Assembly (NCBI GenBank): GCA_964563495.1
Contig: CAZLYK010000006.1
Coordinates: 5,900 to 69,899 of the forward strand
DNA from: an uncultured Heliobacteriaceae bacterium
Lineage (GTDB): Bacteria > Acidobacteriota > Blastocatellia > RBC074
DNA length: 64,000 bases
Reading direction: 5' to 3'
Shown: positions 54,951-64,000 of the stretch, piece after piece
How the letters are laid out: each line of letters begins with the position of its first letter
Position numbering within the stretch: position 1 is the first letter of the stretch
Program-made: the position numbers and the translations under genes
Notes under the pieces: generated by a model
What the model was told of the DNA's origin: nothing
The model's database searches: none
What the model saw: the letters and a program-made list of their open reading frames with translations, nothing else

Positions 54951-55898
54951 ATGCCCCTAGTCGAAGTCGAAGACCTGAAAAAACACTTTCCCGCGGCGCA
55001 TAAACAGGTTGTTCGCGCAGTCGACGGAGTCTCATTTTCGATCCGGCAAGGCGAAACTCTGGGTCTGGTCGGCGAATCGGGCTGCGGCAAGACTACCATC
55101 GGGCGCTGCCTGCTCAGATTGATCGAGCCGACGAGCGGCGACATTCGCTTCGATGACCTGCATCTGCAGGAGCTTGGGCGAGCGGATCTACGCGAGCTGC
55201 GTCGCCGCATGCAGATCATCTTTCAGGACCCTTATTCATCTCTCAATCCGCGCATGAAAGTCGGTCAGATCATCGGCGAACCGCTGGTGATCCACCGGCT
55301 CGGCGGAAAGGTGGAGCGCCGGGAAAGGGTGGTTGAGCTTTTAAGCGTGGTCGGTCTGGATCCGGCGTATGCCGATCGTTATCCTCATCAATTCAGCGGC
55401 GGGCAACGCCAGCGCATAGGCATCGCCCGGGCGCTGGCGTTGAACCCCGACTTTATCGTCGCGGATGAGCCGGTATCCGCCCTGGATGTCTCGGTCCAGG
55501 CCCAGATCGTCAACCTGCTTCAGGATCTGCAGGAGAAGTTCGGCCTGACCTATCTCTTCATCTCGCACGGACTGGCGGTGGTCAAACATATCTCTACCCG
55601 AGTCGGGGTCATGTATCTGGGGAAGCTGGTCGAGCTCGCCTCCTCCGAAGAGATTTACGCCAAGCCATCGCACCCCTACACACAGGCGCTGCTCGCCGCA
55701 ATCCCGGTGACCGACCCCGAAGAAAAGCCGGCGAGGGGGACTAGATTGGGCGGGGACGTGCCGACGCCTCTCAACCCGCCCCCCGGATGCCGCTTCCACA
55801 CCCGCTGCCCTCACGCCATGGCCAGGTGCAGGGTCGAAGAGCCTCAATTAAAGGAAATTTCGGCGGGTCACTGGGCGGCGTGTTTTCTTCACGAATAA
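54951..55898 (+). CDS. Oligopeptide/dipeptide-type ABC transporter ATP-binding protein (DppF/OppF-like)
   Basis: Walker [10 protein letters not shown]. Signature [10 protein letters not shown]-terminal oligopeptide-ABC extension. Confidence 0.8.
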   Translation: MPLVEVEDLKKHFPAAHKQVVRAVDGVSFSIRQGETLGLVGESGCGKTTIGRCLLRLIEPTSGDIRFDDLHLQELGRADLRELRRRMQIIFQDPYSSLNPRMKVGQIIGEPLVIHRLGGKVERRERVVELLSVVGLDPAYADRYPHQFSGGQRQRIGIARALALNPDFIVADEPVSALDVSVQAQIVNLLQDLQEKFGLTYLFISHGLAVVKHISTRVGVMYLGKLVELASSEEIYAKPSHPYTQALLAAIPVTDPEEKPARGTRLGGDVPTPLNPPPGCRFHTRCPHAMARCRVEEPQLKEISAGHWAACFLHE

Positions 55899-56011
55899 GC
55901 GGTAATATCTCTCTCTCCGTATCAACAAGTTTTCAGAGTTCAGCGTTAAGTCGTCAGTTGTGCACGGGCCTCCGTCAGAAGCCCCCAACCAGCCTTTAAC
56001 CAGGAGGAACT

Positions 56012-56794
56012 ATGAATCCGGAACTGAGCTACGCTTCTCAACCCGAAAATGTAACCCCGGAGCCGACACCGCAAGGGTTTTTCAATCGTCTCGTCGGCGT
56101 CTACTTCTCCCCCGGAGAGACCTTCGCCGAGATCGGTCGCGCCCCACGGATAATTGTCCCGATGATCGTGCTGCTCATCTGTGTGATCGTCGGGGTCATG
56201 ATCACATTTAGCCGGCTGCCGATGGACAAGCTCATGACTCAGCGAATCGATGATGCCGTTCAATCCGGGCAGCTCAACCAGGAGCAGGCCGATCGCCAGC
56301 GCGAACAGATGGCCAAGATGGCGCCGTTTATGAAAATCGGCGGACCGATTATCGCCGCGATCTCGATCGTAGTGATCACCCTGATCATCGCCGGAATAGC
56401 CAAATTGGTCAGCATGATGATGGGAATCGAGAATGGCTTTATGCCGCTCTGGGCGGTGGCGATCTATACTACACTGGCCGTCTCGATCATCTCCTCGATC
56501 CTCTTTATCATCCTGCTCTTCCTCAAGCCTGCCGATGAGTTCGACCTCAACAATCCACTCGGGTCAAACCTCGCGGCGTTGCTCTCGATGGTCGGAGCAG
56601 GCGAGCTGCCGAAATTTCTCAAAGGCCTGCTGACCTACGTCGATGTGTTCTATATCTGGAAGATCATCCTGCTCGGGATCGGGTTCGCCGCCGTCTCGCG
56701 TAAGCTGAAGACCTCGACCTCGATCGTTGTCACTTCAATCGTCGCCCTGGTTTTCGCCCTCGCCGGCGCCGCCTGGACATCGATGTTTGGTTAA
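56012..56794 (+). CDS. Yip1-domain family integral membrane protein
   Basis: N-terminal cytoplasmic region, then about 5 TM segments in a Yip1-like arrangement. Confidence 0.55.
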   Translation: MNPELSYASQPENVTPEPTPQGFFNRLVGVYFSPGETFAEIGRAPRIIVPMIVLLICVIVGVMITFSRLPMDKLMTQRIDDAVQSGQLNQEQADRQREQMAKMAPFMKIGGPIIAAISIVVITLIIAGIAKLVSMMMGIENGFMPLWAVAIYTTLAVSIISSILFIILLFLKPADEFDLNNPLGSNLAALLSMVGAGELPKFLKGLLTYVDVFYIWKIILLGIGFAAVSRKLKTSTSIVVTSIVALVFALAGAAWTSMFG

Positions 56795-56868
56795 AAAATA
56801 GAGGGGATCGATAAGACGCCGCCTTGTCAATCCCCTCTGTTTTTTTGTGCTGAGAAAGGACTGGTTTT

Positions 56869-58542
56869 ATGTGGAGTCAAAAGCGAGCGGTCAGAAGCGC
56901 GCCGGTCTATGATGTCGTCATTGTCGGATCGGGCGCCGCCGGGGGTACCGCAGCCTGGGTGCTGGTTCAGGCCGGGTTGAAAGTCGCCATGCTCGAAGCC
57001 GGGCCGCTGCGCAAACACCTGGTCGATTTTCCCTATCACGAACCTTTCCCATACGATGATCCTTATCGCGGTCTGAAAGGCGAGCTGTCGAAGAGCGAAG
57101 AGTTCAAGAAAAAGTATTCGCTCACCGGCAGCTCACCCGATGAGCCATACACTACGCCCGAAAAGATGCCTTACGAATGGTTCAGGGCGCGCAACGTCGG
57201 CGGGCGCACCATGTTCTGGGGACGATTCGCGAACCGCTTCAACGAAACGGACTTCAAAGCCTATTCGACCGACGGTCAAGGCAAGGACTGGCCGGTCACA
57301 TATCAGGAGATCGCGCCCTATTACGACAAGGCCGAGATCTTCATGGGAGTCTGCGGAGCCAAAGAGAACCACCCAGACCTGCCCGATGCCGATAACTTCC
57401 TGCCCCCGGCGGCCTATAAATGCTCCGACGTGGTGATCAAGAGCGCGGCCGAGAAGGTCGGGCTGCGCACGATTCGCGTCCGCCGAGCGATGCTGACCAA
57501 GCCTTACAACGGCTACGCCGCCTGCCACTACTGCAACGGCTGTGATGACGGCTGCGAATCGCATTCGTTCTATAATTCGGCTTTCCGCCAGGTCGTCCCT
57601 TTGATCCAGAAATATCCGAAGAACTTCATGCTGATCCCCAACGCCATGGCGGACAAGATCAATCTCAACGCCAGGGGGCTGGCGAGCGGCGTCAGTTATA
57701 TCGACAAGGCGACCGGTAAGAGCCGCGAAGTCAAAGCCCGCTCGGTCATGGTCGCCTGCGGCACGCTCGAAACCACGCGGTTGCTGCTCTTGTCGGGGAT
57801 CGCCAATTCGAGCGGCATGGTCGGGAAGAACTTTATGGAGCACCTGGATGTCGGCGCTCAGGCCTATTTCCCCGAGCTTTTCTGGAAAGACCGCGAGGCG
57901 GGGGACGGCATTGGCGGTTCGCACATCGTCATTCCCTGGTTCGGCTATTTCCGTCCGAACGAAAAGCGCGACTTCGTCCGCGGCTTCCAGATCGAACCGT
58001 CATCGCGCATCCGTATGCGGCCGGATAAGAACGCCAAAAACATTCCCGGTTTCGGCAGCCAGTTCAAGCGCGAGGTGCGCAAATGGACCGGCGCCCGCGT
58101 CATCCTGGCCGCGCACGGAGAGATGCTCCCTTCACCAAAGAAATTCGTCGAGCTCGACCCGAACGTCAAGGATAAATGGGGCATCCCGGTGATCAGGATC
58201 CATCACCCGCTCGAAGAGAATGATGACAATATGTATAAGTATATTCGCCGCACCTATGAAGAGATCTTCACGGCGGCCAGGGCAATCGAAGTCAGACTGC
58301 CGAAAGAGCCGGATTCCCCGGGCCATTCGATCCATGAACTGGGCGCCGCGCACATGGGCAGCGACGCGAAGACCTCGGTCCTCAACCGGTTTAACCAATC
58401 CTGGGACGTCAAGAACCTCTTCGTGATCGACGCCGCGGCTTTCACCTCGGCCACGCACAAGAATCCGACATTGACGATCATGGCGCTGAGCTGGCGATCT
58501 TCCGAGTACATGCTCAGCGAAATGAAGAAAGGGAACCTGTAA
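56869..58542 (+). CDS. GMC-family FAD-dependent oxidoreductase
   Basis: FAD-binding [23 protein letters not shown]-terminal domain (HELGAAHMG...[23 protein letters not shown]). Confidence 0.8.
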   Translation: MWSQKRAVRSAPVYDVVIVGSGAAGGTAAWVLVQAGLKVAMLEAGPLRKHLVDFPYHEPFPYDDPYRGLKGELSKSEEFKKKYSLTGSSPDEPYTTPEKMPYEWFRARNVGGRTMFWGRFANRFNETDFKAYSTDGQGKDWPVTYQEIAPYYDKAEIFMGVCGAKENHPDLPDADNFLPPAAYKCSDVVIKSAAEKVGLRTIRVRRAMLTKPYNGYAACHYCNGCDDGCESHSFYNSAFRQVVPLIQKYPKNFMLIPNAMADKINLNARGLASGVSYIDKATGKSREVKARSVMVACGTLETTRLLLLSGIANSSGMVGKNFMEHLDVGAQAYFPELFWKDREAGDGIGGSHIVIPWFGYFRPNEKRDFVRGFQIEPSSRIRMRPDKNAKNIPGFGSQFKREVRKWTGARVILAAHGEMLPSPKKFVELDPNVKDKWGIPVIRIHHPLEENDDNMYKYIRRTYEEIFTAARAIEVRLPKEPDSPGHSIHELGAAHMGSDAKTSVLNRFNQSWDVKNLFVIDAAAFTSATHKNPTLTIMALSWRSSEYMLSEMKKGNL

Positions 58543-58544
58543 AA

Positions 58545-58583
58545 AATAGACAGGATTGACAAGACCCGTCAATCCTGTCTATT
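58545..58583. repeat. Minimal hairpin element E15 (AATAGACAGGATTGAC-AAGACCC-GTCAATCCTGTCTATT)
   Basis: 16-bp perfect arms with a 7-nt loop, 2 nt after the TAA of the GMC oxidoreductase gene. Confidence 0.85.
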
Positions 58584-58595
58584 CCACTCAATCAA

Positions 58596-60173
58596 ATGGC
58601 GAGCCCGATAATTCCGCATTCCGCGTTCCGCATTCTGCATTTTCTTCTCTGTCTCGCGCATCTACTCGTTTTGGTCTTTCTCGCCCGCCAGCATCCGTTC
58701 GGCAATTTCGCAACGGAGACGGATTTCTATCAATTTTATGCGCCGGATGCCGAGCGGATCGCGGCCGGCCAATTTCCATTGAATACATATCAAGGACCGG
58801 GATATCCGGCTTTGCTGGCGATCATCAACCGTCTGAGCGGAGGCGATCTTTTTCTCGCCGGAAAATGGTTGTCGGTGATCTGTGCGGTAATCTGCGGGTG
58901 GCTGGTCTTCATCCTCTTCTCCCGCGCCTTCGGAGATGCGGTCGGGATCGGCGCGCAATTGATCGCCATCGTCAGCGGCGAGTTCCCTCAATTTTCGATC
59001 AACGCCGCCACCGATATATTCTTTTTGCTGATCTGCCTGGCGACCCTGGTGGCGCTGACCGGCGACCGGCTCTCGGTCAGGTGGCGCGTTACGCACGCCT
59101 CGATTCTGACCGGCCTCGCTTATCTGACACGTTATAACGGGGTGTTTCTGCTCGCCGCCTTTTTGATCGGGGTCGTCCTCCTGAACCTCTTCGAAGAGAG
59201 CCGTCGTGAGCGGGCGAAACTGGCGGTGATCATCCTGGCCGTCTTTTTGATCACGGTCATGCCGTGGCTGACGGCGAACTATCGCCATCATGGCTCGCCT
59301 TTTTACAACACCAACTATTTGAACATGGCAACCGAGTTCTATCCCGAGCTCGTCGCCGGCAAGACCAACCAGGACGCGACGCGGGCCCTCGAGCAGAGAT
59401 TCAAATCCTTCGGTGATGTGCTCAATTATGATCCGAAACGTGTGCTGGCCCATTATCCGGCCAATCTGCTTGAGAGCGTGCGTCTGAGTATTTTCGGCGA
59501 GCTGGTCAATCGCTGGGTCGGGTGTCTGGCGGTTCTGGGGGTGCTGCTGGCGCTGATTGAAAGAAGATCGAAGCTGGTTTTGCTGCTCCTCACGGCCGGG
59601 GCGATCTATCTATTATTGATGGCGCTCAATCATTGGGAGACTCGATACTATTTTTTCATCATGGTTCTGCTCGCCGGCTTCGCGGTCGGTGCCGTCGCCA
59701 GGCTGTCGGAGCTGGCGCAACGAGTGATCCGGCTCGCCTCGCCGGCAGACGCGCTGGTCCCGACCTTGCTGGTCGCTGCGTTGTGCGCCTTGTCACTGGC
59801 TGAATCAGGCAAAGACGTCAAGCGCTTTCTCGCCGCCCAGCCGTGGGAGATCCTCGCCGCTAGAGATTACCTAACCAGCGCTAATCCATCCGGGGCGCAC
59901 CTGCGCATCGTTGCGCGCAAGCCGCACCTGCCTTACCTGGCGCGCGGCGAATGGGTCTTCTTTCCGCAAGTCAGATCGATCGAGGAGTTCCGCCTCTGGG
60001 TCGAGAGCAATCGCGTCGATTACATCGCGATCGGCAAGCGTGAGCTCAAAGAACGGAAAGAACTCGCCCCCCTCGGCGACCCTGAGAAGGCGCCGGATTG
60101 GCTCAAAGCCGTCTGGGTGCACGACGACCCGCCCTTCATCCTTTATCGCCCGGTAGAGAATAGACAGGATTGA
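58596..60173 (+). CDS. GT-C-fold membrane glycosyltransferase (GT39/GT83, PMT/ArnT-like); C-terminus -VENRQD*
   Basis: About 11 TM helices followed by a C-terminal soluble domain. Architecture like dolichyl-phosphate-mannose/ArnT-type transferases. Confidence 0.55.
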   Translation: MASPIIPHSAFRILHFLLCLAHLLVLVFLARQHPFGNFATETDFYQFYAPDAERIAAGQFPLNTYQGPGYPALLAIINRLSGGDLFLAGKWLSVICAVICGWLVFILFSRAFGDAVGIGAQLIAIVSGEFPQFSINAATDIFFLLICLATLVALTGDRLSVRWRVTHASILTGLAYLTRYNGVFLLAAFLIGVVLLNLFEESRRERAKLAVIILAVFLITVMPWLTANYRHHGSPFYNTNYLNMATEFYPELVAGKTNQDATRALEQRFKSFGDVLNYDPKRVLAHYPANLLESVRLSIFGELVNRWVGCLAVLGVLLALIERRSKLVLLLLTAGAIYLLLMALNHWETRYYFFIMVLLAGFAVGAVARLSELAQRVIRLASPADALVPTLLVAALCALSLAESGKDVKRFLAAQPWEILAARDYLTSANPSGAHLRIVARKPHLPYLARGEWVFFPQVRSIEEFRLWVESNRVDYIAIGKRELKERKELAPLGDPEKAPDWLKAVWVHDDPPFILYRPVENRQD

Positions 60174-60263
60174 CATGATTTTTGCAGGATTGAGCAGGAT
60201 ATTTTTCTGCCTCGTCTTTGATCCTGTTTAATCCTGCAAAAATCATGTCAATCCTGTCTATTT
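60159..60263. repeat. Full palindromic element E16
   Basis: AATAGACAGGATTGACATGATTTTTGCAGGATTGAGCAGGAT ... GATCCTGTTTAATCCTGCAAAAATCATGTCAATCCTGTCTATTT. Gives NRQD-TGA to the plus-strand gene and TAG to the minus-strand glpD. Confidence 0.85.
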
Positions 60264-61928
60264 CCTCGGTCTGGCGTACTCTCTTTCAAACTCTCGCTTG
60301 AATTGATCGATCTGCACTTCGGTTTCGCCTTGATTCCAGCCCAAAACCTCCGCCATCAAATCCGCGACCGCTGCCGCACAATTGATTGAATCTTCGCCGG
60401 CGAGCATGGCCAGTCGCGTCCGTCGAGTCAGCACATCGGCCAGGTTCAAAGCCATCTCGGATCGAACGGCGTAAGCGACTTCGGCCGCCACGTGAGGCAG
60501 CCCCTCAACCAGGGGCCGGCGAAGTCTTTCGTCTTCCCGCATCAATTCGATCAACCGTGGATAATCTGAACCGTAAGAGAAGACCAGGTGCCGGGAGGTT
60601 TCGAGCGGCAGATTTTCGGTCTTGGATATCTCCACGGCAATCCGGCTCAATTCTTCACGGCTCTTTTCTCCGCCACTGATCGGGACCTCAGCCGTACCTG
60701 CACGATCGTTGTCCCGCTCGCCCAGCCTCTTCATGGCCAGATCGATTCCGCGCTCGGCCATCAGTCGATAGGTCGTTAATTTCCCCCCGGCGAGTGAGAT
60801 CAATCCATCCTCAGCCTCGATAATCTCCTCCTTTCGGGAGATGTCGGCTGTGCTGGTAACGTTGGGATCGCTGATCAGCGGGCGCAAACCAGCCCAGCTT
60901 GAGATCACATCAGATGGCTCAAGCTGGGCGCTCGGGAAGTAGGCATTGATCGTCCCCAGGATTTCGTCGATCTCGCCGGCCAGGGCGGATGGCGAATCCC
61001 GGTCGTCGTCATAGTCAGTGTCGGTGGTGCCGATGTTGACACGCCCCTCCCACGGAACGACAAAATAGAAACGGTGGCCGCCCAGCGAGGGAATGAGCCA
61101 GGCGGCATCGACCTTCAGCCGAGCGGCTGAGACCGTCAAATGAACGCCTTTCGACGGTCGCACGCTCTTGAGCAAAGATCCTTCGTTTCTTCCCTCCAGC
61201 CTCAGAGTCTCCTCCATCCAGACGCCCGTCGCGTTGATTAGTATCCTGGCCCGGGTTTCGAACTCGACACCAGCTGCCTGGTCAAGCAGCCCCGCCCCGC
61301 ATAGGTTCCCCCCCTCGTCTTTGAGAAACCTCGTCAGCCGCGTGTAGTTGGCCACGCACGCGCCACGCTCGTGCGCCGCCTTGATTACCTCGATGACCAG
61401 TCTTGAGTCGTCGGTCACCCCATCGTAATAGAGAAATGCCCCCTTCAACCCATTCGGATCGAGCTGCGGCGCCAACTCCAATGCTTCGCCCGGCGACAAT
61501 CGCCGATGCCTCCCCAAACCATACCGGCCGGCGAGCAGATCATAAAGAAAAAGCCCGGCTCGCATCTTCAGCGGATGATCGTAGTTTCTGCTGGAATTGC
61601 TGTAGATCGGGATAACGAAGGGGAAAGGCTCGGCCAGATGCGGCGCCACCCGAGTCAGAATCGACCGTTCGGATAGCCCCTCACGGACCAGCCTAAAATC
61701 CAGATGTTCAAGATATCGCAGTCCGCCGTGGATCAGCTTGGTCGAACGGCTCGACGTCCCGGAGGCAAAGTCTCTTTTCTCGACCAACCCCACCTTCAGA
61801 CCCCGCAGCGATCCATCGAGCGCTAACCCCGCTCCCGTGATCCCACCCCCGATAATTAGAAGATCGAAGGTCTCCTCAGATAACCTGCTCAGTGATTGAC
61901 GACGTGTCTTCCAGGAGAATTCAGTCAT
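60258..61928 (-). CDS. glpD: FAD-dependent glycerol-3-phosphate dehydrogenase
   Basis: [20 protein letters not shown] motif. GlpD/GlpA family. 556 aa. TAG stop taken from the repeat terminus. Confidence 0.85.
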   Translation of the reverse strand: MTEFSWKTRRQSLSRLSEETFDLLIIGGGITGAGLALDGSLRGLKVGLVEKRDFASGTSSRSTKLIHGGLRYLEHLDFRLVREGLSERSILTRVAPHLAEPFPFVIPIYSNSSRNYDHPLKMRAGLFLYDLLAGRYGLGRHRRLSPGEALELAPQLDPNGLKGAFLYYDGVTDDSRLVIEVIKAAHERGACVANYTRLTRFLKDEGGNLCGAGLLDQAAGVEFETRARILINATGVWMEETLRLEGRNEGSLLKSVRPSKGVHLTVSAARLKVDAAWLIPSLGGHRFYFVVPWEGRVNIGTTDTDYDDDRDSPSALAGEIDEILGTINAYFPSAQLEPSDVISSWAGLRPLISDPNVTSTADISRKEEIIEAEDGLISLAGGKLTTYRLMAERGIDLAMKRLGERDNDRAGTAEVPISGGEKSREELSRIAVEISKTENLPLETSRHLVFSYGSDYPRLIELMREDERLRRPLVEGLPHVAAEVAYAVRSEMALNLADVLTRRTRLAMLAGEDSINCAAAVADLMAEVLGWNQGETEVQIDQFKREFEREYARPRK

Positions 61929-62204
61929 ATCTCCCCATTTTTAAACTGCTTGACCTTCGCTGTCCACGAAAAACATTATAATTTGTTTAATCTTTTAGGG
62001 ACGGGAAGTGACATACGGTGGCTTGATTTTATCCCCTGGCTCAGGTAGACAATGAAGCAGTAATTTTACCGCGCGGCTTAGCGGTGGGCTTGCGCGCCGG
62101 TCATGGGATGTATCAACAGATCAGCTAGCGAGAAAAAACTTGAGATGACATGGTTGCTGCCTTTTGTGACAGAGCAGCAGAGGACCTGTTTTTTTCGGAG
62201 TCTT

Positions 62205-64000
62205 ATGAAAAATTATCGTTGCCTTATTCGTTCGATCGTTATTTTGCTTTGTCTTGGGTTGATTTGGCCGATGGAACTGCCTTTTCAAATGGTAGGCACG
62301 GCTGAGGCGGCGCCGGCCGCGAAGCGGCGCACCCGGAGGATCGCGCAGAAGAAGCGGGCCACGCGCAGCCAAGGCAAAAAGACCGTCCGGCGCAGATCGA
62401 GACGCGGACGGAGCGCGGCATCCGCGCCCAGACCGGCCTTCGACAAGGTTATGTCCGAGAATCGCGCATTGCTCAATGAAGCCAATGACAATGACCAGGC
62501 AGGGGCGAAGATCGAAGAGAATGCTCTGCGCGCCCACGTCAAATTCCTGGCCGATGACCTGCTCGAAGGGAGAGGCCCCGGCTCTCGCGGCGGCATGCTC
62601 GCCGCCAAATACATCGCTTCGCAGTTCGAGGCTCTCGGATTGGAGCCGGCCGCCGCCCACGGCTCATATTTCCAGCAGGTTCAGATGATCGGTTCAAAGA
62701 CCGATCCTGGGACCAGACTCATGGTCAAAAGCAGCGGCGGAGATTCCGAATTCAAATTCGGCGACGATTTTGTCGGCGGCACGGACCTTGAGCAAACTGA
62801 GATCCCGATCAGCGGCGAGATCATTTTTGTAGGTTATGGAGTCAGCGCCCCCGAGAGCAATTGGGACGATTACAAAGGGCTCGACGTCCGTGGAAAAGTC
62901 CTCATGATGATGGTCAATGATCCGCCCGCGACCCCCGCTGAGCCGAACCTGTTTGGCGGCAAGGGGCTGACCTATTACGGCCGTTGGACATATAAATATG
63001 AGGAAGCGGCGCGACGCGGCGCCGCCGGAGTTTTGTTGATTCACACCAACGATTCAGCCGGTTACGGCTGGAGCGTGGTTCGTAATTCGTGGGGCGGCGA
63101 GAGGTTTGGCCTCCTGCCCGATGCAAGCACTCCGACTCTCAAACTGAGATCGTGGGTGACGGATGCCGTCGCCCGCAAGATCGCCCAGATGGGTGGCCAG
63201 AACCTGGACCAGCTTCGCCAGGCTGCCACGACGCGCGCTTTCAAGCCCGTGGTTCTGAATGCCCGGCTCGATCTGACGCTTCGCACACAGGTCCAGCGAC
63301 TGACTTCACCCAATGTCGTGGCCATCTATCGCGGGATAGATCCGACCCTCAAAAACGAATATGTCGTCTTCTCGGGCCACTGGGATCATCTGGGCATGAG
63401 GCCCGATCAGTCTGGGGACAATATTTATAACGGCGCGATCGATAACGCCACCGGCATTGCCGGAATCATCTCCATTGCCAAGGCCTTCGCCTCACTCAAC
63501 ATCAAACCGCGCCGCTCGATCCTCTTTATCGCCACGACGGCTGAAGAGCAGGGGCTGCTGGGTGCCGAATATTACGTCCGCAATCCGCTGGTCCCGGTCT
63601 CCCAGACGGTTGCCAACGTCAACATCGACTCGATGAATGTGCTCGGCACGACAACCGATATCACGCCGCTCGGCGCTGATCGGTCGACCCTCGGCAAAAT
63701 CGTGGAGGAAGTGGCGAAGGAGAACAACCTGACCATCTCGGCCGATGCTCATCCTGAGCAGGGGTTCTTCTACCGCTCGGATCACTTCCCGTTCGCCAAA
63801 GCCGGGATCCCGGCGGTCAATTTCGAGCCCGGATCTAAATTCGTCGGCCATTCGGAAAAATGGGGTGAGGAACAATCTGCCGAGTACCGCGAACATCGCT
63901 ATCACCAGCCGACCGACGAATACAGCCCGAACTGGGATTTCAGCGGCATGGTCCAGCAGGCCAGACTGGGCTTCTGGATCGGGCTTCGGATCGCCAACGC
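62205..64000 (+). CDS. M28-family peptidase (PA domain + Zn-aminopeptidase), 3'-truncated by the window end
   Basis: Translated by hand (frame 3): MKNYRCLIRSIVILLCLGLIWP signal, a highly basic linker, then M28 motifs (HWDHLG...DNATG, ATTAEEQGLLGAEYY, FFYRSDHFPFAKAGIP). It is absent from the ORF track because no in-frame stop occurs before 64000. Confidence 0.7.
   Translation, partial: MKNYRCLIRSIVILLCLGLIWPMELPFQMVGTAEAAPAAKRRTRRIAQKKRATRSQGKKTVRRRSRRGRSAASAPRPAFDKVMSENRALLNEANDNDQAGAKIEENALRAHVKFLADDLLEGRGPGSRGGMLAAKYIASQFEALGLEPAAAHGSYFQQVQMIGSKTDPGTRLMVKSSGGDSEFKFGDDFVGGTDLEQTEIPISGEIIFVGYGVSAPESNWDDYKGLDVRGKVLMMMVNDPPATPAEPNLFGGKGLTYYGRWTYKYEEAARRGAAGVLLIHTNDSAGYGWSVVRNSWGGERFGLLPDASTPTLKLRSWVTDAVARKIAQMGGQNLDQLRQAATTRAFKPVVLNARLDLTLRTQVQRLTSPNVVAIYRGIDPTLKNEYVVFSGHWDHLGMRPDQSGDNIYNGAIDNATGIAGIISIAKAFASLNIKPRRSILFIATTAEEQGLLGAEYYVRNPLVPVSQTVANVNIDSMNVLGTTTDITPLGADRSTLGKIVEEVAKENNLTISADAHPEQGFFYRSDHFPFAKAGIPAVNFEPGSKFVGHSEKWGEEQSAEYREHRYHQPTDEYSPNWDFSGMVQQARLGFWIGLRIAN

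Noticed and set aside
62121-63905. Minus-strand ORFs 62121..62660, 62694..63044, 63062..63325 and 63492..63905 listed in the track
   Set aside because: All are antisense to the hand-translated plus-strand M28 peptidase gene (62205 onward), which carries clear PA/M28 motifs. It is missing from the track only because it has no stop before the window end.

Overview
High-GC (~60%) chromosomal segment, almost certainly from an Acidobacterium of the Solibacter/Bryobacter type. Supporting signals: TIGR03436-style VWFA proteins, CarboxypepD_reg-type TonB-dependent receptors, Soli-type Ig-like domains, and many TPR and FG-GAP/ASPIC-UnbV proteins. I call about 49 protein genes, 2 tRNAs (Val-TAC, Asp-GTC), a cobalamin riboswitch in front of a btuF/C/D plus TonB-receptor operon, and several intrinsic terminators. 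Housekeeping blocks: MoeA-MoaC-CheR, DapE-DapD, GlpD, a UDP-sugar dehydrogenase, DppD/DppF ATPases, a GMC oxidoreductase and an M28 peptidase. The strongest non-genic signal is a family of at least 16 palindromic REPIN/MITE-like elements with termini AATAGACAGGATT(G/A)ACAGGATTT and CAGGATT heptamers at about 10-bp spacing. Their termini supply the stop codon for 11 or more genes (TGA/TAA in GATTGA/GATTAA, or TAG in AATAG), giving a recurrent C-terminal '-NRQD' tail. Half-copies also supply SD-like AGGA plus ATG start contexts. A second palindrome family brackets a radical-SAM/SPASM + MGDG-synthase-like glycosyltransferase + SDR + GNAT cassette, a candidate lipid-modification module. The most system-like candidate is a multiheme cytochrome supercluster (42.5-54.0 kb). 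It holds two 9-heme cytochromes, an 802-aa 2xIg-like + 2xDUF336 (GlcG/HbpS-like) protein, a divergent outer-membrane beta-barrel, a 1294-aa decaheme-LVIVD beta-propeller fusion and a CheY-like regulator. This resembles a porin-cytochrome extracellular electron-transfer conduit not described for this lineage. All calls rest on motif reading of the provided translations, not on database searches.
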